Under the pieces are notes generated by a model. It was not told where the DNA came from and did no database searches. It worked only from the letters and a program-made list of their open reading frames with translations. The translations under genes and the position numbers were made by a program. DNA of 64,000 nt from Octopus vulgaris (taxonomy: Eukaryota). The stretch covers positions 101,556,001-101,620,000 of the forward strand of contig OX597821.1 of the NCBI GenBank assembly GCA_951406725.2, given 5' to 3'. Positions 39,009-52,160 of the stretch are shown in pieces (the stretch's first letter is position 1; every line of letters begins with the position of its first letter).

Positions 39009-40805
39009 TAGGTAGTAGTAGACATCCATCGGTCTTGGGAGGCCATGGATCTGTGCTCAAAGAAATCATCAGATGGTGGTGCAGCGTCTGTTGTGGCTTT
39101 AGAGGCCCACACGGGACTGGAAGTCATTTGAAGGAGCTCTCTGCCAGTGCTACTGATTTTTCCTTCTGTTGAGCGCACTTTTCTCTGATAGCGGGTCCCT
39201 CTTTTTTCTTCTGCTCTCCTCATTCCCTTTCGCAGTATTTGCCTCCAATGTGGGTGATCATTTGCAACCTCCTCCCATCTCAGGACGTCCAGATCAAGTG
39301 ACTTCATATTTCTGTTACAGACATCTTTGAAATGAAGATTAGGTCATCCTTGTGCTCTTGTGCTGGTGGTCAATTCCCCAAACAGGCGGTCTTTTAGGAT
39401 CTTTCTGGTTGGCATGTGATGAACAGAACTGAGCCAGCACAAATGACGCTGCTGGAGCAAGATGTGTATGCTGGGTATCTTGGCTCAGTTGAGGACTTTG
39501 GTGTTGGTGATGTGGTCGGTCCACTTGATATCTAAGATGTGTCTCAAATTACAAAGGTGAAAGATGTTGAGACACTACTCCTGTCTAGAGTAGAGGCTCC
39601 ATGTCTTGCTGCCATAAAGTAGCATGCTAAAGATGCACACCTTATAGACAGCAATTTTGGTGTTTGCAGCCAGTTTTTTGTTTTCCCAGACTCTCTTTGT
39701 GAGCCTGGCAAATGTGGAGGAGGCTTGTCTGATTTGTCTGCTGATCTCAGGGTCCAGGCAGTGGTCATCAGTGATGGTAGATCCAAGATAGGTTTACTGA
39801 TGAACTACCTCCAGCTTGTAGTTGTTGATGGTGATGGTGAGGCCATGCTTCACACTTTGACCCATTACATGGGTCTTCTTCAGACTGATAGTCAGACTGA
39901 ATTCCTGACAGGCCTTTGAAAGTTTGTCCACAAGGTGCTGCATTTGCTCTTCAGAGTGCACTGTCAGAGCTGCATCGTCTGCAAACAGCATTTCTCTGAT
40001 GTTACCTAGCACACCTTGGATTTTGTTTTCAGCCAACAGACTAAACAGTTTGCCACTTGACCTGGTGTGGAGGTAAACACAGTCAGTTGATGTCCCAAAT
40101 GTATGTTTCAGCATGTCTGCAAAGAAGATGCCAAAAAGGTTTCGGGAAAGTACACAAGCCTGTTTCACACTGCTGCATATGTTGAATGGAGCCATAAAAT
40201 GGAATAATGCCTTTCATGTCCATGTGAAATGAGTGAACAATCCTGAGAAGTCTTTGAGGACAGCCAATCTTGGTGAGGATTTTGAACAGGCCGTCTCTTC
40301 CGATTAGGTCAAAAGCCTTTCTGAGGTCGATGAAGGTGATAAAAAGTGGTTGTCTTTGCTCTTGGCACTTTTCCTGAAGCAGCCAGAGAGAAAAGATCAT
40401 GTTGATGGTAGAGCGTTTTGCTCTGAAACCACACTGAGATTTGGGGTTTACCCTCTCAGTGATTTTCTGTAGCCTATTTAGGGCCACACAGGCAAAAACT
40501 TTCCCAACGATGCTTAACAGCAAGATGCTTTGGTAGTTATTGAAGTCTATTTTCTCTCCTATAGAGTGACAATGTTGCAGTCTCTTATGTCTCCTGCCAG
40601 CACTGACACAGTAGCTTCAGTAAGTGGCTTAGTAGAACTCTCCTTGCACATCTGATGATCTCTGGTGGGATGACGTCCAAGCCCAGTGATTTTCCAATGG
40701 GCAAGCCATCAATGGCTCTGCTCAGTTCTTCAGCAGTTGGCAGTGTGTCCAGCCCCTCCATGACATGTAGGTGCTCTACAGTGTCTAGCACACTGTCCAA
40801 GATGA
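39009..40805 (-). mobile_element. RTE-clade LINE, 5'-truncated, with degenerate reverse transcriptase
   Basis: Frameshifted RT motifs LLSIVGKVF, SQCGFRAKRST, FIDLRKAFD, VKQACVLS, MLFADDAAL, LTISLKKT; short-repeat 3' tail near 39010. Confidence 0.92.
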
Positions 40806-42379
40806 CCCCCCCAAAAAAAAAACACACACACACACACATATCGGGTGCAGGCATGACTGTGATAAGAAATTTGCTTCACAACCACCTGGTTTGGGGTTCA
40901 GTTCCATTGTGTGGCACCTTGGGCAAATGTCTTCTACTATAGCCTTGGGCTGACCAAAGTCTTGTGAGTAGATTTCGTAGATGGAAACTGAAAGAAACCT
41001 GTCATATATATGAATATATATATATATATCAATGATTTTACTAAGATTTGGAATACAGGAAGTACCTGTGCAGATGAATAATTTTCACCAGGTGTAGCTG
41101 GCACTGCACTACCCCCACCTATTGGCCCAAGAAGACTTTTGCTGGTGTGACAATTTAAAATTGCAGTTAAAGGGTTAATTAATTTTGAAAGAAATGAATA
41201 ATTTGATAGAATAACTGCCATATTAAGCTAGCATTTGGAACATAAATTAACCTGAAATTTTGATGGAAGATTTAAAATCTAGATTGCTTTAAAACAAGAA
41301 GTCTGTATTGTAGAATCAGGAGCAGTTTTAGGAGGGTGTGTATCAAATGAATTAAAAGAAACCATAAGTCAAACTCTTTGACACACTAATATGAAATGTA
41401 CAAGTTTGAATTTTTCTGTTGGACATAGTCTTAATGTTCAGCTTAAATGACATGAGTTACTTTGACTTTATGTAAAATATCCTACTGATATGGTATCCCA
41501 TGCCTGGAGTTGGTCTGTCATTTTGTTAATCTCTTGCTAAGATATGACTCAGTTGCCTTTGGTAAGATTTGAATCACAAAACAATATTCCATAGCTTGAT
41601 TTTAGCCCTGTCTGAGAAGACCCATGATCAAAGATTACTTCAATGGTGACTGTTCAATTTTTTATTCCTTCTTTATTTTAAACAGTAAAGTGCAGTTTAA
41701 GTAGGAATTTTGCTGCTGCTATTTCTAGAAGATCATGAGGTGACTTAAAGGCCGTCTCATTGGCTTAAGATCAGTGGTGGATAAAATACTCAAACTAATT
41801 AATAAAAGTTTTGGTATTTCTTCCTTGGTAGTATTTTGCTCTATAAATAGATAAGATTCCATTCTATCCTCAAAATATCTTGCAGACAGACACAAAGCCT
41901 AAATGAAGTATTTTACCATTAATTTTTGTGCCATTATTTTTTACAGGAGTGAGATGTTTGACCCAATACTTTTTTCTGCAGAAAGGGTCTCTTCAGCTGC
42001 AGGAAGATTGGAATTCAAAGATGTAGAATAAAATTTACTTGAAAAGCATTTGGAAAGGCATCTGACCATAGAATCATAGAATAATGCTTTAAAAAAGTCT
42101 TGTTCCGATCCATGCTAGCATGGAAAAATGACAATGACAAGGAGGACTCACGAAAATTTTACAACTGTTGTTTATAGGAACAACATTCCACTCATCAAAA
42201 AGTTTTACAGAATGATGATAATGTTGAGGTCTAGGTTAACTCTGACAGAGACAACTAATGATTGGAGATACTCCATCTGTGACAATCCATGCTTTTGTTG
42301 TTTCTCTATTTAAGACTGCAAGGTGTAATTTAGGGGAATATTTTGCTCCATTTTTAGCAGGTTTAGACAACATATGGAG

Positions 42380-42602
42380 CAATGTTTCCCCTCCTATTTT
42401 CTCCCAGGCCCCACTATAACTTTTCAGAAAAATGTATGCCTCACCAATGATTGGAAAAAAAGTATAGGTGTAGTATGTTTGCTGTGAAAAAAAGGATATT
42501 TACAATTCCATGTCTCACAAAAAAAAAAAGAGGATCTCTCACCCCACCACAATTCTCCCAAACCCCAACAGTGAGGCATATACCCTACACTGGGAATTAC
42601 TG
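42380..42602. mobile_element. hAT-like MITE (decayed)
   Basis: Ends CAATGTTTCCC / GGGAATTACTG; 8-bp TSD ATATGGAG vs ATATAGAG. Confidence 0.6.
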
Positions 42603-43059
42603 ATATAGAGGTTCTGCCATAGTCTCAAGAAGACTAGTGGATAATATTGTCATCAATGAAACTAGACAAACGGTACAGCAATATTTTTTCAGAAAAATGT
42701 ATTTAATGTCAATATATCTTTACTCTATATAACTTACATTTTCCTCGTTGGAACAATAGGAAATTATTACTATTATGCAATATGTCAGAGAAATCTGCTT
42801 AACTCAAACAGTTGCATAAATAAATAATTTGAATTAACATTAATTAGCATAAGTTAACATTTATTTATTAACTAATAAATTGTAAAATGGAAATAATTTA
42901 AATGCTGTATTTAATGGCATATGAGACACTACTTTTCCAAAAAATTATCTCAAAAAAATAGCCTGGGTCCTATATGTGAAGTTGGGCCTATATCATATGC
43001 TTTAATGCACCAAAGACATTTTCCTTGAACATGTGCAGCTGAAATGGAGGTGTGTCTAA

Positions 43060-43328
43060 CAGGGCTGGTTTTAAGCAAATTAGACAGATTTGTTAAAATT
43101 GGGCCCTGCACCAAGATAGGGTCTCAGACACATGCTCAAGTGGAAGATGTTATGATGAATTTTTAACATATCATTGTGGTTAATGATGGAGCCTCAAGCC
43201 CTCAACACTTTTTGGTTGGGACTGGTGTAATACATGAAGCATAAAATATCAATATTCAGCTTTAGTAGGGTAGAGTGTCTCACTGATAATTCTCTAATTG
43301 GGCTCAGCACTATGTAGCACTGGCCCTG
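43060..43328. mobile_element. hAT-like MITE with CAGGGC TIR (decayed)
   Basis: CAGGGCTGG...CTGGCCCTG; 8-bp flanks GTGTCTAA / GCATCTAA. Confidence 0.55.
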
Positions 43329-43959
43329 GCATCTAATATATCTGTTTCTTTATTACCCATAAGGGGCTAAACATAGAGGAGACAAATAAGGACAGACAAA
43401 GGGATTAAGTCGATTACATCAACCCTAGTGCGTAACTGGTACTTAATTTATCGACCCCGAAAGGATGAAAGGCAAAGTCGACCTCGGCGGAATTTGAACT
43501 CACAACGGCTAATATATCTTTGTGTCTTTTATGCCATCAGATAATTCGCTTATGACAGCCCATCAACGGTCATGGCAGCATCGCTCCAAGATATTCATCC
43601 TCCTCTGTCTCCAGGACATTGTTTTTCATGGGAGTGGACACAGCCGACAAGATTCATATGAGTGGACATAGCTGAAAAGATTGATATAAGATAGGAAATC
43701 CTGTGTCACTGAAAGTCACTCTGAACAACAGCCACAGGGAGTTGCTGATCACATCTCTTCCTCTCTTCATGTATGTGCTTCAGCTGATGAATTGCAACTG
43801 AGCCATCAGATAAAGTACAGTAAATAAATTTTATATTAGTGACACCAAACTTTGCTTCTGAGTAATTTTAGAAATTTGTTTCATTTGCTGTTTGTGAAGG
43901 AAGGAATAGTACACATGGTTTTTTGCAGTTCCTCCAATACTTCATATTGATGCTATTTA

Positions 43960-44715
43960 TGTTTTTCTTTGAACCTTTGTAATTCTGCATCAGCAGGAAA
44001 GATATGTGCAAGGAGGGAATTCAAGAGGGACCAACATTCTAGGAAGGAATGACTGAGCTCAGTGATTAATGTAGGTTCTAGAAAGTTGAATAGAACAAGG
44101 GTTATAAAAGAAGGCGGGACAAATGAGGCAGGAATACCTGAGTGGAGATGACAGGAGTCCAACCAGCTCCAAGGAACAGAGACCTTTATAGGAGCAATAG
44201 AAAAAGATTTTGTTTTGATTGTTCAAGATGTCTTAATGGTTGGCGCTGATGCCTTTGAACCTTTGTAAATCAACAAATGCATGAAGGGAATTCAAGAGGG
44301 GCAGGCATTCTGGGAAGGAATGACTGCATAATGATTAGTGAGGGGGCATGGGAAATTGGATATAACAAGGGTTATAAGAGATGAGTGGGATGGGATTGCC
44401 TGAGTGGAGGTAATATGAGTCCAGCTAGCTCTAAGGAGCAGAGCCCTTTTCAATAGATGTAAGAAAGGGTTTCGATTTGGATGCCCTCCGAGAGTGGTGA
44501 TAACGATGTCATTAATGTTCCTCTTGAACCTTTGAAAGTCAATACCTATGGGAAAAATATGAGCAAGGAGGGAATTCTGGGAAGGAACAACTGGTCAGAG
44601 TGATTAGTATGAGAGAAGAATGCTTGAGTGGAAGTAACACGAGTCCGGTTAGCTCTGAGGTAAAGAGATGCAGGAGGAAGAGGTTTCATTTTAATAATTC
44701 AAGATGCTTTAATGA
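43960..44715 (-). repeat. Three tandem ~280-bp diverged copies of a CR1/L2-like LINE 3' end
   Basis: Units begin at TTGAACCTTTG near 43968, 44255 and 44524; peptide HSFLECWSLLNSLLAHIFPADAELQRFK resembles the SF.R....WN.LP.....L..FK LINE C-terminus; a related single copy lies at ~15400-15575 (+). Confidence 0.7.
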
Positions 44716-47319
44716 GTAATTTTTTTTACTTGATTCTGTCATTGAACAGCAACCATGCTGGAGCAACATCTTGAAGGGTTTAATAGAAAAAAAAATCAAC
44801 CCCAGTACTTTTTTTTTTCTTAACTTCTAAGTTATGGAGACACTGGTTTTCAAGTGGTGGTGATGGGACCAACACATACATGATAGGCATTTGCACAGTT
44901 TCCGTTGACCACATTCACTTATAAGGCAATGTATTGCCTAAGACTATAGTAGAAGATGTTTGCTCAATGTACCACACAGTGGGACTGAACCCAAAACCAC
45001 ATGGTTGTAAAGTGAAATTCTTAACCACATTGCCATACTTGTGTGTATTCGAAGTGTGTTCCATGTTCTTTCATCTTTTATCTTGTTTCAGTTATTAGAC
45101 TGTTGGGGAACTGCCTTGTAGAACCATAATTTTCTAAACGAATCAAACACCATGCTGTAAATGTCATACTGGGTTGCTTTTCAGTAAATTTAAAAAATAA
45201 AATTTTATTTGCTCTACCATAACTTCTTGGTAAAAATATCAACTGTTGCTACTCTAATTTGTAACACAAGGTACAAGAAAAAAAATTCTCAGAGTAGCTA
45301 TTCTTGACTGTGAAATATGGGAAATTTTTTTGTCACATCCTGTACAATGTACACAGTTTCCCTCTGAGAAAACTATGTGAGAACTGAATTCTTGAGTATA
45401 TGTAAGAAGAAACTGTTAAAATAATTTTGGTAACCCGTGGCTATCAAAAACTATTTATGTTGTTTTCTCTTTTCTTACAGAAATATATATATGATACCAT
45501 TACACATGAAAAAAGAATTAAAAATATCCAGGTGAATACTTTTTAAGCACTCTGTAGGAGTCAAACTTGGCTAGCCAAACTGACCAGTGAAAGTTATTAC
45601 AACTCCTGTAGCTGTAATATTGGTATTACATAATTCTGTGATTTATTAATCCTGTACATTAATCAATCCATATTTGATTGACTAGGATTCTGTATAGAAT
45701 GATTATATAGATATGGAGATTGCTTTGTAATCACTGGGTGGCACATTAGGCAAGGCCTGAGCTGGTCAATGCCTTCTACATGGAATTAATAGAAAGAAAT
45801 TGCGTGGAAGCCCATCATATATGTTTGTGTGTGTGTGTACGAGTGTGAATGTTTACACTTTGCAAAAAATCATTTGAGAAAAAAAAAAACCCCACCAGTA
45901 TTACATTGTTTGATATGTGATTTTGGAGACAAATAGAAGAAAATATCACTTACTTGTAAAATAAGGTTAGTGATAAGGAATGGTACCTGGCAATAAAACT
46001 GTCGCAGTAATAAGTCTTTATCCAACCCATGTAGTATGGGAAAAAAAACAAACAAACAAATGATCTTTGTTTCAAAGATTCATAGAATCTCTGTTGTGCT
46101 GATTGAGAAGAAAAGTATTAAAGTTTTTGTGTTGTTTCATATTTTTTGTAGCAGCTTAATATATACCCATATATATATATTACAATAACTTGCCAGAATA
46201 TTACTTTTAAAATATGAAGCAATCTTCTTTTCAGGTGGTCACAACCAAGATGTATTTCACCAGATCATGTATGTACCATCAAGGTGATCTTGAAGCTCTT
46301 TCTTCATAGTCCAGGTTTTGATTCCCTTGAGAAGACACTCTTAGAACATGCTTCAAAAGCCAGCCTTACTGAATTTGAAATACTTAATTGCAAAATGTTT
46401 TAAAGTTTGTTACAAATAATATAGGCTTGTTCCTTGCATGTCAGGACTATATGAATATAGTCAGCAATGTAGGTACTTGATGTCACTGACCTGTTTGATT
46501 TGCGTGTCATCATTAGAACAAATTAATAGATAGCTTTCACCCTCATTAATGGTCAAAAGCTTTATATGATCTAAACTCTTTCTGTAGTTGAATATCACTT
46601 GAAACTGCTCTTAGATTAACAAGCAGAGTAATAATTTCACACTAAATATTTCATCATTACCATGGAAGTCTGTTAAAGCGAAACTATTTTTATGAGCAAG
46701 ACATGTTAGATAGTTATTTACTAGAAATATATTATACAAATTTTAAGGATTTTTTCTTTTGTAGAGTTTATTAATGTCCAGCACTATTGACTGGTATTGT
46801 GACTAATAGTTGAAAGTCAGCAAAAGGGCAACTATTGATTTCTCATAAGTTTTGAAGCTACACCAGCAAACACTGTCTCCTATTATGAGATTGATAAGCA
46901 ATTTTTTCATTTATCAATTAGTTATTGTATGACCTTTTGTCCCTATTTGATTCATACTTGGAGAAAGAAAAGGACAAATTTTATAGAAACTGAGTTAGCA
47001 GTGAACCCATTGACCTCTAAATTTTAATAGCAAGATTTAGTGAAATTGGCACAAGTCAAGAAACATCCTTTGTTCATGTTGAACGACAAAACAATTATTA
47101 TGGAAATGTAACAAAGTTTCAACTTTAAGGTCATTGCAATGAAGTGTACATGAAGTGTCTTTAACTGGAGGGAATTTATTCAAAGCTGGAAACAAAAATA
47201 TCACAGAAATAACAAAGTCATTTCTTTCTTTATATTTATACAATAAATGTTAAATCATATGATTTGTTGTCAGAAATGAAATAAAAACACAAACTACACA
47301 GATATAGGTACTGAACAGC

Positions 47320-47325
47320 TTTATT
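47320..47325 (-). terminator. Candidate distal Rab3 poly(A) signal
   Basis: AATAAA on - strand followed ~20 nt downstream by GU-rich TGTGTAGTTTGTGTTTTT (47300-47283). Confidence 0.55.
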
Positions 47326-47942
47326 GCACTGTCTGCTAAGACAGATCATGATCTCTAAAATACATAGATTATCCAGAATTATGGTACCGGCATTGTAGGG
47401 AGACCAACTGACTGACTGACCGACTCAACTGACCAGTGAGGAGAGCAGAGGAGGTTTCAGAAACAAGTGTTTTGGGAGCGCTCTACTGACACACAAATGA
47501 CACTAGCTAGCTGGGTGCTGCTAGTTCTATAGCACACCATACAAGGGAATTAGAAGACAACAATGGCAATGTTAACAGCAATGACAACAGAATAACTACT
47601 ACACTGACATTAGAATCAAGCAAAGAAATACATTCCCCTCCCCCCCACCAGACCCTGGTCATGTAAGGATGAAAGGACCTAAGAGAGGTACCAGAGGCAG
47701 CCTTTTTTGATTTAGGGGATTCTCATCTTTTGGTATGAAATAGTGTCATAATTTAGGAGATCATTCAAGATGGGTTTGCAGTGATCTGAGTGTAAGACAA
47801 GACCAGGAATTAAAATGTAGCAGGTTTTAATGCCTATCAATCAATTTTTCTTTTTATTTCCCACTGTGATTGGTCCAGAATAACTTCAGGTGGTCAGACA
47901 ATTCATGCTTATTTTCGCCTTAACATGACCAGTCTGTGTGTG

Positions 47943-47966
47943 AGATAGATAGATAGATAGATAGAC

Positions 47967-48017
<51 letters not shown>

Positions 48018-48025
48018 AAGAGAGA
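47943..48025. repeat. (GATA)n(GA)n microsatellite
   Basis: Direct inspection. Confidence 0.95.
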
Positions 48026-50261
48026 TTTGGTTATTGCTAGTTAAATGTTGTTAATTGATTTAAAAGGTATATATTTCAAATATCATAAAGAAGCACCTTT
48101 TTTTAATGTAGTAGAAAACAAAACAATCAAAAAACAAACAAACTAGGAAATAATAAAAAAAAAAAGTAAAACATAGGTCAGAGGGCATAGATTAGTTGCA
48201 GTGAATATAAGAGAGATAACATTTGCCCTTGCTGGGATATAGGCACTATAAGTAATGGTGATTGGTATTGGTATTTAGGGATCAGATATAGCTTTGTTTG
48301 TTCCTATTTAGAAAACAAAGCAAGTTTAATGTAGATTATTGAAGTCTATATATGTTACTAGATGATTGTTTTACTGCACCAAATAGATTGTTACTGCCCA
48401 GTGGTAAGCTAAACACTAATTGAGAAATATTTCTGAAATTGGTGAAGAGTAGAGAGAGAGAGAGAGAAGGAAGGATCTTAGAATCTTTCAGTGGAATGTA
48501 AATGTTCAATCAACAAGGAAGTATAAACACCGATTTGCTTGTTGATAAAGGAATGCATCAGATTTTATGGTTCTGAAAGATTAACTTAACTACACATGTA
48601 TGGTATTGATTTAAATACTAACATACATACATGCAAATGAAACAAGATAGAAGGGAATATTCAGAAAGGAGTAATGCATTTTCTAAACACATTTTACTTG
48701 GAAATTTAGAGTTTCATTGCAAAAACTAAACTACACAGAATGTTTAAGCTTTGAGGTTATAAATTGTGCAGAGTTAATTTGGCTCTTATTTTTTTTTAAA
48801 GCTTTTTGTTATGAAAGTGAAAAATTTTAGTATTTCCTTTCATAAGAAATATAATAAGGACACAATGAGGGGAACTTGCAAAAAACATAGGAAAAAGAGA
48901 GAATAGAAAGAGAAACTTGAAAAGAATGGTCTATGGAAATCAGCAAACACTTATAAAGTATTGTAACTAAGAGAGCAGAAAACCAGGAAGAGTGGAGACT
49001 AGGAATACATAATTTGTATCAGGGAACTTAAAATTAAGAGTAATATAATTTACAAAGATTTAAGAAAAATAATAAAATTCCTCTCTCCAAATTTAACAAC
49101 ACAGTTTAAAGTATGATTTTGCTCTCTAGGTTAATTGTAAGTATGTATGCATGTGCATGTACGCCCACAGACACAGACACACACAAACATGTGTATGTGT
49201 GCGTGAAGAGAAGCATATATTGGGAAGCAAGTGTATATCAAATTGTGTGCATATTTGCAAGAGTAGTGGGTGTGTTCAGCTCTGATCCTCAACTGCGAAA
49301 AGATTTCCATCACTGGCAAGTGAATGTAATCACAGCCTCACCATATTTCTACGTTTCAAACAGGTTTAGCCCACAACAAAGTTTCATGACACGTTTAACA
49401 ATGAATAGGTATATATCAATAACCTGTTACTCTGAAAACAACCATTGAAGAGGCAAACCAGATGGTTGCCGCCAACAGAATCAGCTGGCTTTATCAACAC
49501 TAGCAGAACTGACAGCTGTGAGACAAGGAAAGAACAGAGCTATATATAATATATACATATATATATATATATATATAGGTAGCTTATCCGCTTGACCTCA
49601 TCATGTTGTAACTGACCAATTTCCACAAGTGTAGTAAGCACAAAACTGGGACTATATTCCACATATAGAATTTCCACAAATCTTAACATTTCTACAGAAA
49701 TGACCAGAAATAAATAGAAAATATCCAAACAAATGCAGCACTAAAATATAAAATAACAAAATAAGAAAAAAATTGAGAGCAAATTTTGAGAGATGCTTTG
49801 CTAATAGTATGAGTAATCAGAAATAATAAAAATAATAATTATATAATAATAATAATAATAATAATAATATGTAATTTGCAGAAATATAGTATATTTTGTA
49901 CATTTCTTTGCTTTTTTTTGCTTGCTCTTTTGTTACCAGGTAAAAAGATTAAAGACCTAATTAATTCAAATATGCAAATTGTGGTAATAGCTTCAAAAGA
50001 GTAATTAAAAGTACTTACTTTAGTAACTTATATTTACTTTGTGACTGTATTTGATCTACAAATCTTTTTTGTTTGCTTTCTTTATTATTGTTACTTTTTT
50101 TTTTACAAACAACACTTTTCTTAATTTATTTTATTTCATAAAACATTGGAATCTACAACAGTTGAACAAAGCAACCAAAACTGAAAATTTAGCCATAATT
50201 CTTAGATGCTTAAATGTTTGTCAATTAACATAAGCCACTGCCAGGATTGTTGAATGGTTGT

Positions 50262-50297
50262 AACAACAACAACAACAACAATAATAATAATAATAAT

Positions 50298-50330
<33 letters not shown>

Positions 50331-50345
50331 CATAACGATAATAAT
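50262..50345. repeat. (AAC)n(AAT)n microsatellite
   Basis: Direct inspection; explains the poly-N ORF at 50247-50486. Confidence 0.95.
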
Positions 50346-51969
50346 CTCCGTGGAAATTTTATAAATGGGTCAGAAAGAAATTATTCCAGAAACATATCAC
50401 TGTATCCCGGAAATATCTGTACTAGTAACACATCTTTTTTTTTCTTTTTTTTCTTCTTTTTGATTTATAACAACTGTAACATATGAGATGGATGCTATGG
50501 GTCATAACAGTGGAGATGGGAGAGATAGAGAGAGAGAGAGAGAGAGAAAGGGAGGGGGAGAAATAGAGAGTGAGAGGGAGAAAGAAGGAGCACAGAGAGA
50601 AAAGGATAGAGATAGAAAGCAGTAGTTATATGAGGCGATACTAATATTTATGAAGTACTCAGTATTATGTAAAAAAAAAAAAAAAATGGAATTATTACAG
50701 TAGCAACTAATCAGTTGGTATATGGTGCTTTATTTAAATGGAATGTTATTCTCAACTTAGTATCTTAAATATTCCTTCTTCATTAATTCAACATTTGATC
50801 ATTGCATTTGCCATTATGCAAGGAGAAAAACAAAAAACAAAACAAAATGTAAATCAAATGCATATTTGTGTGTGTGTGTTTGTGTGTGAAGGTGTTTGAG
50901 TGTGTGTGTATGTGTGTGTATGTGTGTGTGAGAGAGAGGGTAAATAATCTCAATGAATAACAATAGTAATTGGTTTGGTAACCAAACAGACAGGATGCTG
51001 AAATAGGCAACATTTTTTTTTATTTTTTAAAATTTTTGGACAAGACAAAGAACAATCCCGATTAAGAATATTGGGAGGATTCTGGAGAATGGCAGATGGC
51101 TTTACCAAGTAGGTGTTGATTTGCAACAAAAATCTTAGAGCAAATTGCAAACAGTTGCTTGCATCTAAATATAACCGGAAGAGCGTTGATAACAACACTC
51201 GGGAGATCAGCAAGATGATAAGTTGCAAATTTATTAGCTGTCTTCTTGGGCAATTTAATCCAGATTTCTTTTGCCATGTCTGTGAAAAAAAGCTGAAGGT
51301 GGCAAGAATGAGTTTAGTGAATTTTGAATACGGTATCTATGGCTACAGATGAGTATTGATTAAGTATCAAAGTTAAATTGCAACATGAAGAAGGCTACCT
51401 ACATTTTTATTATGTGTGATATTAGAGACTATTGTATTTCATTAGATTCACCATTCAATATGCTTTGCCTTACAGACCATCTTGATAGCAAACCAATGCT
51501 AAAATGGTAGAAATAAGTCCTATAAGTTGTAATTGCTTTTAAGACTAAAAGAAAATACTTTAGAAATCAAATATTGGCCCCATTTAAATAGAATGAAAAA
51601 AAAATTTTCAAATTCCCTTTAAAAAGAGAATTTAAATTTTGTTTTCTAAAAGAATGATAGTCCATATACACTAAATGATGACAACTGTTGGCAGCAGTTA
51701 AGATTAACAAATTGGAAATTTAGTAACTTTATTTTTATTTTTTTTTTAATTAAAGAACACAGAGACCTCCTAAGTCAAATAACTTCCCCCTGATGCATTC
51801 AATCTGGCACTAGGTGGCACTAATGACACCCATGAGTCCAGCTACATTTTTGGCCAGCAATATTAACTGAAGGTTGAATGTGAGGCGGGGAAGTGGGGAG
51901 AAATAGAAGAAAAGAAGAGAAGGAAAAGGAGATAAGAAAAAGGAAGTGGAGGACGAGCAGTGGTTTTGT

Positions 51970-52160
51970 CTAACACTGACAGCTACTATTCTGCGGGTTG
52001 GGGTTCTCTGTCAGACGAGTTCCCTTAGTTTGGCTGTTGACAAGAGTAGGATCCGAATCAAGACTTTCAGACATCTTATCACATATGATGTCCACCAATC
52101 GCTCAAATACAGCTTTCACATTGATATTTTCCTTTGCAGACGTCTCAAAAAATTCCAAAC
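51970..52160 (-). CDS. RAB3: Rab3 last coding exon
   Basis: gatag acceptor, [15 protein letters not shown]...CQC, TAG. Confidence 0.95.

Noticed and set aside
41947-42031. Possible + strand exon after a strong acceptor (ttttttacag), perhaps of a divergent transcript from the HYI promoter
   Set aside because: No recognisable peptide, no matching donor or partner exons; cannot be supported without RNA data.
49440-49525. Cluster of E-boxes (CAGATG, CAGCTG x2) suggesting a neural enhancer
   Set aside because: Short motifs expected by chance; no independent evidence.
50247-50486. Poly-asparagine ORF
   Set aside because: Translation of an (AAC)n(AAT)n microsatellite antisense to the Rab3 UTR.
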